Source: a virus
Taxonomy: Duplodnaviria; Caudoviricetes
Virus record (IMG/VR): IMGVR_UViG_2871875081_000002
Location: 23,452 to 87,451 of that record
Length of the DNA: 64,000 bases
Reading direction: 5' to 3' (one strand)
Shown: positions 29,806 through 39,131 of the stretch, in pieces
How the letters are laid out: every line of letters starts with the position of its first letter
Position numbering within the stretch: the stretch's first letter is position 1
Position numbers and translations under genes: made by a program
Notes under the pieces: model-generated
Database searches by the model: none
Told to the model about the DNA's origin: nothing
The model's input: the letters and a program-made list of their open reading frames with translations, nothing else

Positions 29806-32100
29806 ATGCAAAAGGAAGTATTTTCAGGATTAAAATTGGATAACGGAGAGCCTATTTATACTCAAGAGTATATCCAATCATTAAGAGACGCCGATAAGAA
29901 GCATCCCGACAAGCTGAAGATCATAGCTCAGCGTGGCGGTCAGGAGCGCATGCTGTCTATTGATGCTGATATTAAGATAGTTGGCGGCTCGCGAGGTGGA
30001 CCTCTGGACGAAGACACGAGAGTGTTAACTACTAGAGGATTTATTAAAATCAAGCATCTTAAATATGGCGACACCGTAATAGGACATGACGGTAAGGGAC
30101 ATAGAGTATTAGATCGAATCGATTATCCTGATAGAGATTGCTACGAAATTGAACTATCTGACGGATCGAGTGTAGTATGCTCGGATGACCATATCTGGAA
30201 TGTATCTATCGATGGCGACAGGAGATTTATACCACATCTTGCCTGTGAGATAGCTAGTTACATCAACGAAGGCTACGACATCACTATTCCCTGCGTAAAA
30301 CCTGTAGAGCTTGATGAAAAGTTCGGCCTAGCCTCTGTCGCTGAGAGAACTGAGTCTTTAAGACGTATCATCGAAACATCGGGTAGATTTTCCGGAAAAT
30401 ACTGGAAGAAGACTTTCAAGACAAGAAAGAAAGCATTCGATTTCAAGTATCTGGTTGATAGTCTCGGTTCTGTTTGCTACGTAAAAAGGAAGTCAAACAA
30501 GAAATGGGAGGTTCGATTCGATTACAGAAAGAAAGAATTAGAGAGGAGGATTGTCAGCTGTAAACCGGTCGGCAAGCGAAACTGCTGTTGCATCGCCGTT
30601 GAGAATCCGGACTCACTATTCGTTGTCGAGGACTTTATCGTCACTCACAACTCCAAGTCCTTCTCTTCCCTTATGGAAGTTCTGAAGGATATCAAAAATC
30701 CAGATTTTCATGCAACAATTCTTCGTAACGAAAAAGACGACTTGCAGTCCTTGGTGACAGACTCTTACAAATTGTTCTCCCAATTTGGAACTTACAATAA
30801 GTCACAGAACGATATGACCTGGAACTTCGACAACGGAGGATGGCTCAAATTCTCGTACTACGCAGGAGCCTATCAGGATTTCAAGACACGATTCCAGGGG
30901 CGCCAGTATGCCTATGTCTGCATCGATGAGGGTACTCAGTGTCCATACAAGAAGTTCAAGTACCTATTGACCAACAACCGAAACGCAGCTCACATACGAA
31001 ACCGATTCTGGATTACCTGTAACCCTGACCCGGAATCATGGGTGCGAAAGTTCATCGACTGGTGGGTTGACGAGAATGGATACATAATACCGGAGCGAGA
31101 TGGAGTTATCCGCTACTGCTTCATGGATGGTGATACACCGGACTCTATCTACTGGGGTAACACAAGAGAAGAGGTATACGAACAGTGCAAGGGCATCATC
31201 GATAGCCTCTGGAAGGACAGCTACGAGGAACTTGGATACACGAAGCTCGAAATGTTCATCAAGTCGGCAACATTCGTTCGCGCTGACGTATCAGAGAACA
31301 TTAAGCTTATCTCTACCGATGCCTCATATCTCGCCAACCTTGCCCAACAGGACGAGGAACAGCGCATGCGAGACCTGGAAGCTAACTGGAACTGGAAAGC
31401 TGCCGGTGATGACATGATCAAGATGGAAGACCTTGATGAAATCTACGACAATGCAGAACAGATAGGAGATGGAAAACGCAGAGCTTCTGCCGATATCGCA
31501 TTCACCGGAGGCGATAACTTCGTAATGTGGCTTTGGGAAGGATGGCATTGTAAAGACTTGGTTGTTCTGAGGCTGGACCCTAAGACACTCGTTTCGGTAG
31601 TTGAGGCCAAGCTGAGAGAGTGGGGTGTCGAGGAATGTAACTTCACTTACGATATGCAGGGTATCGGTCAGTACTTTAAGGGATTCTTCAAGGATGCCGT
31701 CCCATTCAACAACCAGGCAGCACCTATCGCTAGGAATCATCAGGAAGAAGAAGGAATCAAATACCTATATAAGGATTTGAAGTCTCAGTGCGCATGGTTA
31801 TTCTATAAGATGATAAAAGAGAAGCAGATTTCCATCGACTCGGCCCTGCTTGAAAGAAAGTATTCAGGAAACGGATTTGACAAGGTTCCTCTCAGACAGA
31901 TTCTTCAGAAGGAGCGTAAGATGCTCAGACGTGACGAGAATAGCGATGATAGGGGATTCAAGCTATTACCTAAGAAGATTGCCAAGAAATATGTCGGGCA
32001 CTCGCCTGACTTCTTTGAATCTTGGTTCTACGTAATGATATTCAGTTTAACAAAAAAGAAAAATAAAAAGGTAAAAGGATTATGGATGCTATCAAGGTAA
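29806..32100 (+). CDS. terL: Terminase large subunit containing an intein
   Basis: Walker A GGSRGG/SKS interrupted by an insert; Walker B YVCIDE; ITCNP; nuclease ADIAFTGGD...HSPDFFES; followed by portal. Confidence 0.92.
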   Translation: MQKEVFSGLKLDNGEPIYTQEYIQSLRDADKKHPDKLKIIAQRGGQERMLSIDADIKIVGGSRGGPLDEDTRVLTTRGFIKIKHLKYGDTVIGHDGKGHRVLDRIDYPDRDCYEIELSDGSSVVCSDDHIWNVSIDGDRRFIPHLACEIASYINEGYDITIPCVKPVELDEKFGLASVAERTESLRRIIETSGRFSGKYWKKTFKTRKKAFDFKYLVDSLGSVCYVKRKSNKKWEVRFDYRKKELERRIVSCKPVGKRNCCCIAVENPDSLFVVEDFIVTHNSKSFSSLMEVLKDIKNPDFHATILRNEKDDLQSLVTDSYKLFSQFGTYNKSQNDMTWNFDNGGWLKFSYYAGAYQDFKTRFQGRQYAYVCIDEGTQCPYKKFKYLLTNNRNAAHIRNRFWITCNPDPESWVRKFIDWWVDENGYIIPERDGVIRYCFMDGDTPDSIYWGNTREEVYEQCKGIIDSLWKDSYEELGYTKLEMFIKSATFVRADVSENIKLISTDASYLANLAQQDEEQRMRDLEANWNWKAAGDDMIKMEDLDEIYDNAEQIGDGKRRASADIAFTGGDNFVMWLWEGWHCKDLVVLRLDPKTLVSVVEAKLREWGVEECNFTYDMQGIGQYFKGFFKDAVPFNNQAAPIARNHQEEEGIKYLYKDLKSQCAWLFYKMIKEKQISIDSALLERKYSGNGFDKVPLRQILQKERKMLRRDENSDDRGFKLLPKKIAKKYVGHSPDFFESWFYVMIFSLTKKKNKKVKGLWMLSR
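30001..30651 (+). mobile_element. Class 3-type intein (217 aa) with degenerate endonuclease remnant
   Basis: Starts PLDEDTRVLTTRG and ends IVTHN/S; block B SDDHIW, block F NCCCIAV; removal restores GGSRGGSKS. Confidence 0.85.
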
Positions 32101-33788
32101 CAAATTTCAGAAAGATTCTCGTAAAGAAGCCTTTCTTTGAACTCACGCCAAAGGGGTACATGACCCACGATGGCTATTGCAGGAACGAGGTGTCCGATAA
32201 TGAAGACCCTCAGATGCCGCAAGATACATTGTACAGAGTGATTAAGACTCAGAAGGACTTCCTTCGTGAGTTCTATCCTACGTCCCACAAAATCTTCGAC
32301 AAGGATCTCTACCCTGACATCTGGAGAAAGAACCCGGAAGACGGGAAATGGTATGTCCAGGAGATTCAAAGAACGGCATTTGCTTTCCAGCAAGTTATTC
32401 ATACGAAGCACGTTCTCCACATGACAGGTAACGATATTCAGTTTGAGCTTGCCGGTGATCCTGAGATGAAGAAACAGGAAGAGTATATTAATCTTCTTGC
32501 CAAGTTTAAGAAGGGATGGTATATGCACGATATGGAGATTCGCCACTATGAGGCTGTAAGTTCGTACATGAAGGTTGCTGAGGCTGCTGTAGTCGGATTC
32601 TTCGATAAAAACAAGAAATTCGGTACTCGCACATTGGCTTTCGATAGAGGAGACACATTGTATCCTCAGTTCGACCCTCTTACTGGTGAACTCGTTGTGT
32701 TTGCTCGCAAGTATTACGACTTCGATGAGGAAGGCAATGAAAAGATTGAATGGGTAGAGGTGTGGGATGACAAGACATTCTACCGCTTCAAGAAGCAAGT
32801 TAACGAAGGCAAGGTCAAGGAGACTATCAAGAGAATTGCCAAGATATTCGGAATCGACGACTACACTTGCGTTGAAGAGAAAGCTCACGGCTTCCCATTT
32901 ATCCCTGTTGCATACGTAAGAAACGATGACGGCCCATGCTGGTCTGTTGTGCAGAAGAACATCGAGGACTACGAGGAAGCTTTCTCTTATCTCTGCGAGA
33001 ACAACAAGGCTTACGCCTTCCCTATAATGAAGTTGAAGGGCGATGGTGACGACATTACCGTTGTTGGAGATACAGACGGATCGGCTAAGATGATTCAGAT
33101 TACCGATACGAATGGTGATGCTGACTTCATTAACGGAACAGACGCTTCCGATGCATTTGCGACACAGCTCAACAAGTCGTATGACCTCATCTATGAGCTT
33201 TCGTTCACAGTAAAGCCACCGGAGCTGAAGTCGGGTGACCTTCCGGGCGTTGCCATCAAGCTGCTCTATTCTCCTGCTATCGAGGTTGCTGAGAACGATG
33301 CCAAGAAGATGCATCCGTTCCTGGATCAACTTGTTCGTATCTCAAAGTATGGTATCGGAGTTGAAGAAAACTGCATGGCCACTATGACCGGTCTTCCTAT
33401 TCACGCTTGGGTGGAAATCTATGTGCATCAGAATAAATCTGAAATAATAACAAACTTAGCGACAGCTGTTCAGAACAACTTCCTCTCAAAGCAGACTGCA
33501 TCTGAGCGTTGTCCAGACTTCCCAGTTAACGATGAATACGACCGTATCATGCGCGAGAAGAAGAAAGAGGATCAGCAGGACCTCCTCATGGATATTCAGC
33601 GTGCGGATAACGAAACTCAAAATACAATCGAGGAGCAGAAAGCTACTGCGAATATTCAGAATGGAGGTAGTGGAAACGTACGTACGGGTCGCGGAGCTGG
33701 ACGCCCAAATAAGTCAGGAACCAAATGGGACGAGAATCGGAACGCCCCGAATGAGAACAACTGGCAACACTACAACCAAACCCATTAA
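32082..33788 (+). CDS. Portal protein (SPP1-like)
   Basis: 568 aa directly after terL; SGDLPGVAIKLLY...SKQTA motifs. Confidence 0.85.
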   Translation: MDAIKVTNFRKILVKKPFFELTPKGYMTHDGYCRNEVSDNEDPQMPQDTLYRVIKTQKDFLREFYPTSHKIFDKDLYPDIWRKNPEDGKWYVQEIQRTAFAFQQVIHTKHVLHMTGNDIQFELAGDPEMKKQEEYINLLAKFKKGWYMHDMEIRHYEAVSSYMKVAEAAVVGFFDKNKKFGTRTLAFDRGDTLYPQFDPLTGELVVFARKYYDFDEEGNEKIEWVEVWDDKTFYRFKKQVNEGKVKETIKRIAKIFGIDDYTCVEEKAHGFPFIPVAYVRNDDGPCWSVVQKNIEDYEEAFSYLCENNKAYAFPIMKLKGDGDDITVVGDTDGSAKMIQITDTNGDADFINGTDASDAFATQLNKSYDLIYELSFTVKPPELKSGDLPGVAIKLLYSPAIEVAENDAKKMHPFLDQLVRISKYGIGVEENCMATMTGLPIHAWVEIYVHQNKSEIITNLATAVQNNFLSKQTASERCPDFPVNDEYDRIMREKKKEDQQDLLMDIQRADNETQNTIEEQKATANIQNGGSGNVRTGRGAGRPNKSGTKWDENRNAPNENNWQHYNQTH

Positions 33789-33794
33789 TAGCCT

Positions 33795-34556
33795 ATGGAT
33801 GAATTAAAACGTTCTGTCGATTACAGCAGGAAGCGCTTGCAGGCAATCCGAAACTGCGAGGACCATGTTGCAGATATTCTCTGGAAATCGACACAGAAAA
33901 TAATTGCCGCAAGTAAGCGATACAGAGGTGCGGGCAGGCTCACAAACGAGTCAGCCCTGCTCTCTTACGCCAAGAACGTTACTGCTGATGCAGAGGAGAG
34001 TATCAACAGTTACATCTCTGCTTACTCCAAGGTTTCATGCAAGATTCTCGGGATTGACAACGAGAACATAGAATCGTTTCTCGTCAGCGACATCTACGGA
34101 AAGACGACATCCGAAAGAAACGCCGTCTATCTCGGAAACTTTGCTGAAGATATTGTAAGGATGATCAAGGCAGGAACCTTGATGGGATATTCAGACCAGC
34201 AGCTCCTGTCTTCCATCCGCACAGGCTATAAAGACCCATATCACACATCAGTCATCACCAAGGCGAAGAGAAAGGACATTAACATCGATGTTCCTTCTTA
34301 CGGAAAGGGCTACTACAAGAACGCCTATCAGAATATCGTAAGAAATGCTTCTCAAGTGATTGCTTTGGCGTGGGGACAGGCAGAGCAGGAGTATGGACAG
34401 GAGAATGGAGCTGTCGGGTACTTCGTTCACAGAGGGTCGTCGTTTCCTTGCCCTGTTTGCGATGATTTGTGTGGATATGTACATTCGCTTGACACGATGG
34501 TTATCCCCGCACATCCAAACTGTGTTTGCCGTGCCGAGTTTGTTTATAAAAAATAA
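33795..34556 (+). CDS. Minor head protein (SPP1 gp7/Mu gpF-like)
   Basis: C-terminal CPVCDDLCG...PAHPNCVC motif; follows portal. Confidence 0.8.
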   Translation: MDELKRSVDYSRKRLQAIRNCEDHVADILWKSTQKIIAASKRYRGAGRLTNESALLSYAKNVTADAEESINSYISAYSKVSCKILGIDNENIESFLVSDIYGKTTSERNAVYLGNFAEDIVRMIKAGTLMGYSDQQLLSSIRTGYKDPYHTSVITKAKRKDINIDVPSYGKGYYKNAYQNIVRNASQVIALAWGQAEQEYGQENGAVGYFVHRGSSFPCPVCDDLCGYVHSLDTMVIPAHPNCVCRAEFVYKK

Positions 34557-34561
34557 GTAGT

Positions 34562-35530
34562 ATGATAAATTCTGAATTAAATTTTACTTTAGAAGAGATT
34601 CTTCCGAAGTTCCAGAAAGACTTCCAGGAGAAGATAAAGCACTCTGTAGAGCTGCTAAGAAAGGCTGAAAAGCTTGCACTGGCATACTCGCCTAGCGAAG
34701 GCTTCTATCTATCGTTCAGTTCAGGCAAGGATAGTCAGTGTCTTTATCACATTGCCAAGATTGCAGGTGTGAAGTTCAAGGCCCACATGGGTCTTACGTC
34801 TGTTGACCCTCCCGAGATAATCAAGTTTGGCCGTGAGCAGTATCCGGACGTAGATATGATAAAGCCGAAAATCAGCATCTACAACCAGGCCCGTAAGGAA
34901 GGTATGCTCCCGACAAGACTGATACGATGGTGCTGCCGAGTCTATAAAGAGGGCATCGGTGCAGGCAATGTTGTTCTCATCGGAATCCGTCACGCAGAAA
35001 GCAGACAGCGTTCGGGTAGGAGTGAGGTCGAGATTACCAACCATAAGTACAGCGGCTCCCTTGAAGGTCTTGACGAGTTCCGTGATAAGAGGAACAGTCA
35101 GAAGCGTGGCCGTCCAACCCGGTGGGGCATTCACGAGATTAACATCACCAATGCCAGTGACGAACGTACCATCGGCTGTATCCGAGGCTACGAATCGCTT
35201 CTCATCTCTCCAATCATAGAGTGGACAGATGATGATGTATGGCTATTCTTGAATACACTCGGTATTAAGCATTGCAAGCTGTACGACGAGGGCTACTATA
35301 GGATTGGCTGCCTGTGCTGCCCTATGCACAACTATAAGCAGAAACTCGCCGACTGCAAACGCTATCCGCATATCTATAATAGTTGGATTAAGGCCATCAA
35401 GGATATCCAGGCTAGCGGAAGGATGATAGACGAAGGATTGTCGCCGGAAGAGGTGTTCGACTATTGGATATACGGCAAGTCTATCAATGTATGGAGAGAA
35501 CACCGCAGGCAGCAAATGTTGAACTTTTAA
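34562..35530 (+). CDS. PAPS reductase family protein
   Basis: SFSSGKDS PP-loop, RWCCRVYKE, GIRHAES, PIIEWT, RIGCLCCP. Confidence 0.88.
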   Translation: MINSELNFTLEEILPKFQKDFQEKIKHSVELLRKAEKLALAYSPSEGFYLSFSSGKDSQCLYHIAKIAGVKFKAHMGLTSVDPPEIIKFGREQYPDVDMIKPKISIYNQARKEGMLPTRLIRWCCRVYKEGIGAGNVVLIGIRHAESRQRSGRSEVEITNHKYSGSLEGLDEFRDKRNSQKRGRPTRWGIHEINITNASDERTIGCIRGYESLLISPIIEWTDDDVWLFLNTLGIKHCKLYDEGYYRIGCLCCPMHNYKQKLADCKRYPHIYNSWIKAIKDIQASGRMIDEGLSPEEVFDYWIYGKSINVWREHRRQQMLNF

Positions 35531-35541
35531 ATATCAAGATT

Positions 35542-36087
35542 ATGATTGAAGAAACAAAAGGATACACGTTATCCGTCGATACATACAAGAAGGCGAAGGC
35601 TCTTAAGATGAAAGACCCTCGCTATTACATCTATGCTAGCCTCCGTGGCTCAGGTATGCCAATGAGGGATTGTTGGTCCATTGCATTCCAGGGCGAGGGA
35701 CTCAACTGGGAGAAATCCTTCCTCGAAAACGAGATGAACTTGCTCGAAGCCCAGGAGTCCGTTCGGAATAGAATCGCAGAGGTGCAGGGCAAGAAATTGA
35801 AGAATGATAATAGTGAAGAACTTACTGCTGAAGAATTGGCTAAGGCTACTTCAAAAGAGCAAATTCTCAAAGACCTGGTGCTGGCTCAGAGAAAAGCCAA
35901 GTATGGATCACCTGAGTGGCTCAAGATAGTTGCGTCCATTGCAGACTATAACAAGATTAAGCAGGATGAGATTGATACTGAAAATAATGTGGTCCATTAT
36001 TACATCCCTCTGTCTATGCCTCGATGCTGTGAGGACTGCATTATCTTCAAAAATGGTCAGGCGACCTTTCAAAAGAAGAAGAAATAG
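35542..36087 (+). CDS. Hypothetical protein (possible terminase small subunit)
   Basis: Likely start MIEETKGY at 35542; helical, with C-terminal CxxC. The TerS idea is only a guess. Confidence 0.6.
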   Translation: MIEETKGYTLSVDTYKKAKALKMKDPRYYIYASLRGSGMPMRDCWSIAFQGEGLNWEKSFLENEMNLLEAQESVRNRIAEVQGKKLKNDNSEELTAEELAKATSKEQILKDLVLAQRKAKYGSPEWLKIVASIADYNKIKQDEIDTENNVVHYYIPLSMPRCCEDCIIFKNGQATFQKKKK

Positions 36088-36152
36088 TTAAATTCGTGTT
36101 AAAGTAACTTTGTTTTACTAGAAATTCAGCAAAACCAAGTACCTTTGCAAAT

Positions 36153-36250
36153 AATTAATGTTCACAGATTCTTTCTGCTGAGCATAATTCAAATTATTTT
36201 GGTTAACTAAGAGGGGCAGTGTCTTCACAGATACTGCCCCTCGCTTTTTA
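36153..36250 (+). ncRNA. Candidate small RNA (~95 nt)
   Basis: TACCTTTG at 36140-36147 (and TAACTTTG at 36105-36112), no ORF longer than 7 codons, terminator at 36211-36250. Confidence 0.4.
36211..36250 (+). terminator. Intrinsic terminator
   Basis: GAGGGGCAGT...ACTGCCCCTC-gc-TTTTT. Confidence 0.75.
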
Positions 36251-36287
36251 AAACAAATATATAAGTAGAAGAAAACTTTGAAGTCAA

Positions 36288-36476
36288 TTAAGGATACTTC
36301 TCTCCGGTAACCAACTCAAGTATACCCTTAAGCCTATCATTAAGAAGGTCGTCATTGAATACAGGAAGAACACCGTATGGAGGCAGTTTCTTAGTCTCTG
36401 CGGCCTCCAAAATGAACTGGAGCGCCTGTACTAAGGAAGTGTGGTCTTGAACGACCTCAAGCAATTTATCGCTCAT
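36288..36476 (-). CDS. Hypothetical protein (62 aa)
   Basis: Start MSDKLLEVVQ overlaps the stop of the upstream gene. Confidence 0.6.
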   Translation of the reverse strand: MSDKLLEVVQDHTSLVQALQFILEAAETKKLPPYGVLPVFNDDLLNDRLKGILELVTGEKYP

Positions 36477-37020
36477 CCTTGCCTCCTTCCTTTTTAATCT
36501 GTTCTGCCATCTCAAGAAGAGTCTCGGCGTGCTTATCGCGGTCGATGACTTCCTGTACGGCCTCATCGCTCTCCTTGCGAAGCTGCTCTTCAGTCTTACC
36601 ATCGTCGGCAGCAGCGTTTCTTCTTGCAGCCTCACGAGCAATGTATTCGTCACGGAGTTTCAACTTACCTGCCGTGTATTCTGCATCGCCAGGCAACGAT
36701 GTATCCGCATACATAAGCTGGGCAAATGCCTCGATGATGTTTCCATTATCCTTGGAGAACTCATAATGGTCTCCTACAGCCATAGGAACACATTCATCGA
36801 GCGCAGCGTACATTGATGTACCGATAGAGTATTCAATACCCCATGTACCGGCAATGTCAGCAATCTTGATGAAAGGCAGCGAGCCTCTCTGTAAATGCTT
36901 CTTGATATCAGCAGGGATATCCTCTCTGAGTGAAGCAACTTCTTTCTTAGACAAGCTCTTACTGAACTTCAGCACGGTGAAGTGTCTTGTCTTGATAGTC
37001 TTTCCAAATGGTAATGCCAT
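36466..37020 (-). CDS. Hypothetical protein
   Basis: 184-aa ORF in leftward operon. Confidence 0.8.
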   Translation of the reverse strand: MALPFGKTIKTRHFTVLKFSKSLSKKEVASLREDIPADIKKHLQRGSLPFIKIADIAGTWGIEYSIGTSMYAALDECVPMAVGDHYEFSKDNGNIIEAFAQLMYADTSLPGDAEYTAGKLKLRDEYIAREAARRNAAADDGKTEEQLRKESDEAVQEVIDRDKHAETLLEMAEQIKKEGGKDER

Positions 37021-37032
37021 GATAACAATATT

Positions 37033-37176
37033 TTAAAGTTCAACTTTTATTTCCTTATACTCGAAATCTGTGCAAGATGGATTCTCCTCAGAAGTAAACC
37101 TAATCTCATTAGGGTGGTTACAAGCTCCATTCTTGAAGAAGAAGTAATCCTTGCAAGTGTAATCAGTCTGTTCCAT
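37033..37176 (-). CDS. Small Cys-containing hypothetical protein (47 aa)
   Basis: MEQTDYTCKDYFFFKNGACNHP...; overlaps the upstream stop; below ORF-track cutoff. Confidence 0.55.
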   Translation of the reverse strand: MEQTDYTCKDYFFFKNGACNHPNEIRFTSEENPSCTDFEYKEIKVEL

Positions 37177-37801
37177 GTTCCTTACGTTTTTGATATTCCA
37201 TCAATGTCAAGATACAATAGTTAGCGCAGTCAAGAAGAGCATCTTCCAATGGTTCATTAGCAACTTGCGCCTCATTGTCCTTCAGCGTCTTGATGCGATT
37301 CACCTTCTCTCGTATCTTTCCGTAGCCGTAGTTGATACCAAGCTCATCATACATTTCGGAAAAAGCATTCCCATAATCGTGATTCTTGCGCTTGTAGGTA
37401 TCGCTCATCTTGTCGGTGATATCCTTGAAGCGGTCAGCATCGGTATTTTTGCTTTGTTCTCCCATACCAATACTATTAAACGGCAACTCGCTCCGATTAA
37501 GATTATCAACGCCGATAGAATCTTTCCATTCATCCATCAGATTTTTTGCATATTCAGGATAGATACCATTCTTCTGCAAAATATCTAAATCTACGCATAC
37601 ATTAGTAATGTCGCGAACGCCACAATAAACACAGCCATTTTTAACAGACTTTACATAAAAAACATCTGTAGGTTCAATCAGTGACATGCAGCATCCTTTC
37701 CTTGTATTGACATAATAGCGAAATCCTCCTCTGGTGCGTTCTATACTCTCGCATGGAAGTAAAAACTTCAATCCAACCTTAATATCTTCTTTCTTAATCA
37801 T
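37163..37801 (-). CDS. DUF1599 / nucleotide-modification-associated domain protein (C-terminal domain)
   Basis: KRKNHDYGNAF...KIREKVNRI...EDALLDCANYCILTL. Confidence 0.75.
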   Translation of the reverse strand: MIKKEDIKVGLKFLLPCESIERTRGGFRYYVNTRKGCCMSLIEPTDVFYVKSVKNGCVYCGVRDITNVCVDLDILQKNGIYPEYAKNLMDEWKDSIGVDNLNRSELPFNSIGMGEQSKNTDADRFKDITDKMSDTYKRKNHDYGNAFSEMYDELGINYGYGKIREKVNRIKTLKDNEAQVANEPLEDALLDCANYCILTLMEYQKRKEHGTD

Positions 37802-37804
37802 AAG

Positions 37805-38209
37805 CTATTCCTCCTTATCTTTTAATTCTACGAAATCTCCAATACCCAAACGAGCCTTGTTGATGCAAGACGCAATCCAACCAATCAAGTAGGCAGAAGG
37901 TTCGCCGCCGTGTTCCATACCAATATCATCCTCGATGTTATCGCAAGCATGAGAAGCTTCATGGCAACAAACCCCCATCTTCATAGAATCCTTGCTTGCA
38001 AAATTAATAAATGAACAAAGCTTCTTATCCGCCTTTTCTCTAACGATATCGTAGGTTATTGCGTCATAATTAGAAAAATCAACTTTCAAAACCTCGCCAT
38101 TTCTACCTTCAAAACACTTATTAGCGTCTTCTTGGTTCATGCCAATAGCGACACATAACATTCTTGGATAGATAACAGGGTCGTATTCGTAATATCCTTT
38201 TTTCTTCAT
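37805..38209 (-). CDS. HExxH metal-binding phage protein
   Basis: CCHEASHAC...EPSAYLIGWI. Confidence 0.65.
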   Translation of the reverse strand: MKKKGYYEYDPVIYPRMLCVAIGMNQEDANKCFEGRNGEVLKVDFSNYDAITYDIVREKADKKLCSFINFASKDSMKMGVCCHEASHACDNIEDDIGMEHGGEPSAYLIGWIASCINKARLGIGDFVELKDKEE

Positions 38210-38217
38210 ATTCTCAA

Positions 38218-38679
38218 CTATTTCTGTTTTGACACAATCTCGATAGCAGACAATAATGTCTTCTCGCTGATACCTTTTCCACTACCAACACCATCTTTCT
38301 CTATCTTCTCAATAGAACTCTTTATAGAGCATACTGCATCATCTATGCTATCTGCACTACTCTTTGCATTCTCGATTGATGATTGTAACTCGTCGAAACG
38401 CTTGTCTATATAATTCTTCAATCTTTCTTCGTGCTCTATAACGTTTATAGAGTTTGCGATTTTTGCATGCGTCCAGTTTTCTTCTACACATGCATAATAA
38501 TCGCCTTTTGTGTCATCATGAATCTTGGAAGACACAACTCTTAGACACACGAAATCGTCTCCATCCATTACAGCATACACACCCTCTCCTGATGGGTATA
38601 GTTCGGCTTTCGCCTTATTATCCCTACTTTCTCCTTGTATGTATGCGACCTTTCCTAAAACGTTAACTCTAATTTCCAT
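38218..38679 (-). CDS. Hypothetical protein with C-terminal coiled coil
   Basis: 153-aa ORF. Confidence 0.75.
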   Translation of the reverse strand: MEIRVNVLGKVAYIQGESRDNKAKAELYPSGEGVYAVMDGDDFVCLRVVSSKIHDDTKGDYYACVEENWTHAKIANSINVIEHEERLKNYIDKRFDELQSSIENAKSSADSIDDAVCSIKSSIEKIEKDGVGSGKGISEKTLLSAIEIVSKQK

Positions 38680-38686
38680 ATCTCAA

Positions 38687-38914
38687 CTATTTATTATGTA
38701 ACCTACCAATATGCCACTTTGAGCAAACCTTACATAAGTAAGGATGCCAGCCGAGTGCCTTCAACCTCGGAATCTGATTCAGAAACTCCCAAGCATCATC
38801 CTCAGTCTCGTATGCGACCTTCGCCTTCCATGAATGAACCTTTCTAGTCCAATGCTCCGGGTCTGGCTTGAACGGCGGCACTTTGTTCGGATTGTGATGT
38901 CTTCTCATAGGCAC
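38687..38914 (-). CDS. Small zinc-ribbon protein
   Basis: YLCKVCSKWHIG. Confidence 0.7.
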   Translation of the reverse strand: MPMRRHHNPNKVPPFKPDPEHWTRKVHSWKAKVAYETEDDAWEFLNQIPRLKALGWHPYLCKVCSKWHIGRLHNK

Positions 38915-39111
38915 TTGAATGAAACACTGTTCAACGTTCTGTTCACCGCAATCTCCCTCTCGTTACACATGGTCCTCATGCACTCCATGGCATCATCGCG
39001 GACAGCAATCATAATCTCCTGCATCGAAGCGGTGGCCGGAACAATATTCCCATCAGCCTTCTTCTTCGTGATACGGGATATAATCTCCTTGATATATTCC
39101 TTGTCTATCAT
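38905..39111 (-). CDS. Hypothetical, possibly winged-helix protein
   Basis: 68 aa downstream of the helicase gene. Confidence 0.6.
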   Translation of the reverse strand: MIDKEYIKEIISRITKKKADGNIVPATASMQEIMIAVRDDAMECMRTMCNEREIAVNRTLNSVSFKCL

Positions 39112-39131
39112 AGAAATCTGTTTTATAACCG

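Noticed and set aside
32028-33329. 433-aa minus-strand ORF
   Set aside because: Antisense shadow of the portal gene; no motifs or start context.
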